Assembly (NCBI GenBank): GCA_032718475.1
Contig: JAUCBJ010007783.1
Location: 1 to 53,562 of the forward strand
From: Nemertoderma westbladi
Taxonomy: Eukaryota; Animalia; Xenacoelomorpha
Direction of reading: 5' to 3'
Length of the DNA: 53,562 nt
In this document: positions 50,901 through 53,562 of the stretch, one piece after another
How the letters are laid out: each line of letters starts with the position of its first letter
Position numbering within the stretch: position 1 is the stretch's first letter
Program-made: the position numbers and the translations under genes
The notes under the pieces: generated by a model
Told to the model about the DNA's origin: nothing
Database searches by the model: none
What the model saw: the letters and a program-made list of their open reading frames with translations, nothing else

Positions 50901-51006
50901 GTGTGTTGTAGAGAGATGTTTACTAGTAGATTTCTCTAATAGTTGTTTCTTTGCGACATTCGGAGATGAACCAAGGTTTACTGTGTTCCAGCTCTTGCCT
51001 ACTATT
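47902..51006. repeat. Satellite, ~102-106-bp unit, ~30 copies
   Basis: GTAGATTTCTCTAATAGTTGTTTCTTTGCGACATTCGGAGTTGAACCAAGGTTTACTGTGTTCCAGCTCTTGTCTACTATTGTGTG(TTG)TAGAGAGATGTTTGCTA repeated head to tail, with no unique spacers. Confidence 0.97.
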
Positions 51007-53562
51007 AGTAGTATGATATACTTGTACACTGCGTCATGGTCACCCGTAGCCCATCATTACCATCATTACCATCCATTTTCTAGTACTGCAGCCAATCAGA
51101 AGCCACCATTTCAACCTTTACCAGTGGTCGTTATTATTTCAACCAATCAGATGTCAGCATTTCATCCGTAACCACTGCAACTTCTCAAGTTCCCGCATCT
51201 TCCGCTAGAGGCGTTATTAGTCACCCAACTCTAGTACTGCATCCAATCATAAGCCTTTATTTTACAGGTGTTCGGGTGTCTACACTTAGCATCAGGTAAC
51301 TTCTACTATTTTTCAAATCGTTATTTTTCAGCAACCAGTATTTTCATATTCAGCAACCTTTATTTTACAGACGCTAGAGGTGTCTACAGGTAACTTCTAC
51401 TATTTTTCAAATCGCAATTTTTATATTCACTAACCTTTATCTTCCAGGTGTTCGAGTGTCTACACTTAGCATCAGGTAACTTCTACTATTTTTCACCAGT
51501 AACTAAATTTAATTTTGCAATTTTTCAGATAACAAAATATTCAACCGGATTCGAACTCGGGACTGATACATCCCCTCATAACTCACCAATCACTCTTCCA
51601 TCCAATCTCGAGAGAAAAAGGTGATAAATATCTGAGTTATACCATAGTCATTGAATTCTTCATCTTCATCACTGGTAGCAGATGTTTATAAATAGCATCT
51701 AGTCCCTTAACATAATTAATATAGCATAGAATACATTAATTCGACTATTAATAATAATCGATTTTTTTATCGATGTAACCGATCGATCAACTAAGTTGAA
51801 TATAAGTTAGAATAATAGGACTAGCATTGTTCTCGTTGCATCTGTTACTCGTTACTGCTATTTCACTCTCTAACTCACGCTAATGTAATAATTTTAGCTG
51901 TACACGTTGTTGCATCTGTTACACGAATCTACTATATTCCTCACTGTAAGTCGCTCTGCTGTATTAAAGCAACCATATAAACCGAAGTTTTACAATCTAA
52001 TAATCATTTATTTAGTTTTTATTTTTCAAAATAGTTTTCATTCTAATTATGGATTTATTTAAAAAAACTTCAAGCAATACTTGGAAATTTACATTTAATA
52101 AATATACCTGTAGTATTGTTTATGGCAAGTACTTTATATTACTCTCATGCGATAGCAATGTAACAACGTGCTTCTCTTACCTGGATACACTCTACCTTCT
52201 AGACGTCTTAGAAATATTATTCAACCGACAAAAGGAATCACCAGTTTCAAGAGGTAATATTTATCCTAATATAGAATTTACAAGAGGAAAGTTAAATATT
52301 TCCACCTGTGTTATTACTGAAAACGTATATATTCAGAAGCAAGGCAAATGTCAAATTCTAAACAAATCACTCATTAATTTATTGCTTCAGAGTAAGACAG
52401 AAATATTAGAATTGTTATCACCACCACTCGAAATAATAAATCAGTGTTCTGTTGTTAATTTAACCAACCCATCTTTTGTTGGTTTTGTAAGCAAATATAA
52501 AGGAACGACTTATATGGGACTATGGGAGATTTCAGCTAGATATTCTGATGCTATTGGTCTTAGGTATTATAATGGGTTTAACTTAACAGTATCTGAAGTA
52601 AATTCATTGTGGTATGAATGGAATTATGAAATTAGTAACGAAGGTGTCTTTTCAGAGCTAGATACGGACGATAAAGTAGCTTTATCTGACCGACTTAACG
52701 TAAAAATAAATGTACAAGAAAAAAAAGTAATTATTACAGACAAGGAAAGCAAATATTTACAGTTACATTATGATAAAGACATACCTCATATAGAGTTTCT
52801 CTATGATATGATGTTAAAGGTTTCATCAACTGATATAGCAGACGGTTTCGTGATTCTATATCCACCAACTTGGAAGTTTAAGGATAATAAGTCATTTCCA
52901 GAAGTAGTTTCATCCACATTTAATCCAAAGACATACATCGAAGAGACCTTGAGTGATAGAAAGCGCAGATCTACATCTCAATCATCTTCCATTCCCAACA
53001 ATGATTCTATACCTACAAAGAAAATAAAAGTTACAAAAGCAAGTGAAGAGGTAGCAGATTACAATAAGGAACATATAAAAACAGTATCAGATTGATTTAT
53101 TATTAACTAGAGACTTTTCTTTTTCAGTTTCACACTGACTTGTAAATGTAACTTTTTATCACAAAGCGTGATTATTATAAAGTATTTGCATGTAAAGGTG
53201 ACTTTATTGAGTAAATATTGGTGATAGTTTAATGTGAGCATGGGATTATGTATAAAACATTCGCATGTAAATGCGTGAGTTTACACCTCCATAATAAAAC
53301 ATTAGCATGTAAATTATTTATCAATGAAAATTAAAAACACATTATGTACATCTTGGTTTAGACTTGATTTTATTATAAAGAATTCAGTTGTAAAAGCAAC
53401 TTTATTTATGATATTAGTTTCCCAATGAAACTGTTATTTATGATTGGTTGGTCTAAGTAGAAACTTGAAATATATATATATAAAGAGCTCAACTGATTCA
53501 TTCGAGCTCATTCTGAAAATATTAAATTAATTAAAGTTTAGATATTATATTTTATTTGTGTT
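51007..53562 (+). mobile_element. Probable left end of a Polinton/Maverick inserted into the satellite
   Basis: The satellite stops mid-unit at AGTAGT (a typical Polinton terminus). CCAAT-rich sequence, ~100-bp subrepeats (51250-51500) and an intronless, virus-like ORF follow. No pPolB, integrase or capsid gene lies inside the window. Confidence 0.55.
52049..53095 (+). CDS. 348-aa intronless protein with a putative PC4-like ssDNA-binding domain
   Basis: Long ATG ORF in AT-rich DNA with TATA-like CATATAAA ~70 bp upstream. FVSKYKGTTYMGLWE...NGFNLTVSEVNSL resembles the PC4 pattern V..FKG...IDIRE...KGISL..EQW..L. Basic NLS-like C-terminus (RKRR, KKIK). Confidence 0.6.
   Translation: MDLFKKTSSNTWKFTFNKYTCSIVYGKYFILLSCDSNVTTCFSYLDTLYLLDVLEILFNRQKESPVSRGNIYPNIEFTRGKLNISTCVITENVYIQKQGKCQILNKSLINLLLQSKTEILELLSPPLEIINQCSVVNLTNPSFVGFVSKYKGTTYMGLWEISARYSDAIGLRYYNGFNLTVSEVNSLWYEWNYEISNEGVFSELDTDDKVALSDRLNVKINVQEKKVIITDKESKYLQLHYDKDIPHIEFLYDMMLKVSSTDIADGFVILYPPTWKFKDNKSFPEVVSSTFNPKTYIEETLSDRKRRSTSQSSSIPNNDSIPTKKIKVTKASEEVADYNKEHIKTVSD

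Noticed and set aside
47902-51006. CRISPR-like array, or a cluster of small peptide genes (MRHSELNQGLL... ORFs)
   Set aside because: Units are head to tail with no unique spacers and no cas genes, in a eukaryotic context. The ORFs start at TTG, overlap in shifting frames and are by-products of the repeat.

Overview
This is AT-rich eukaryotic (probably invertebrate animal) DNA, and almost all of it is transposable elements and tandem repeats. A + strand BEL/Pao LTR retrotransposon (element A, 4064-35069) has its gag interrupted by a second, unusually large - strand BEL/Pao element (element B, 5697-27394; ~2.1-kb LTRs, TSD ACTTG) and its integrase interrupted by a 2.2-kb solo-LTR-like insert (31518-33725, TSD GAACC). 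Element B's 3' LTR holds nested DNA transposons (two with 9-bp TSDs, a hAT with an 8-bp TSD, and a HINE/MITE-like element). Downstream are a near-identical 3533-bp tandem duplication of a C2H2 zinc-finger gene, a ~104-bp satellite, and the probable left end of a Polinton/Maverick with a PC4-like ORF. The leading hypotheses are: (1) element B has no tRNA-type PBS, but has a 10-nt site abutting its 5' LTR that is complementary to a sequence inside the LTR, suggesting Tf1-like self-priming in a BEL/Pao element; (2) two diverged LTR-like elements both carry a tRNA-like Pol III A/B-box cassette near their 5' ends; (3) element B's 3' region has twin hairpins with a compensatory base change; (4) the ZNF array varies mainly at DNA-contact residues. 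All calls were made by eye; no searches were run.
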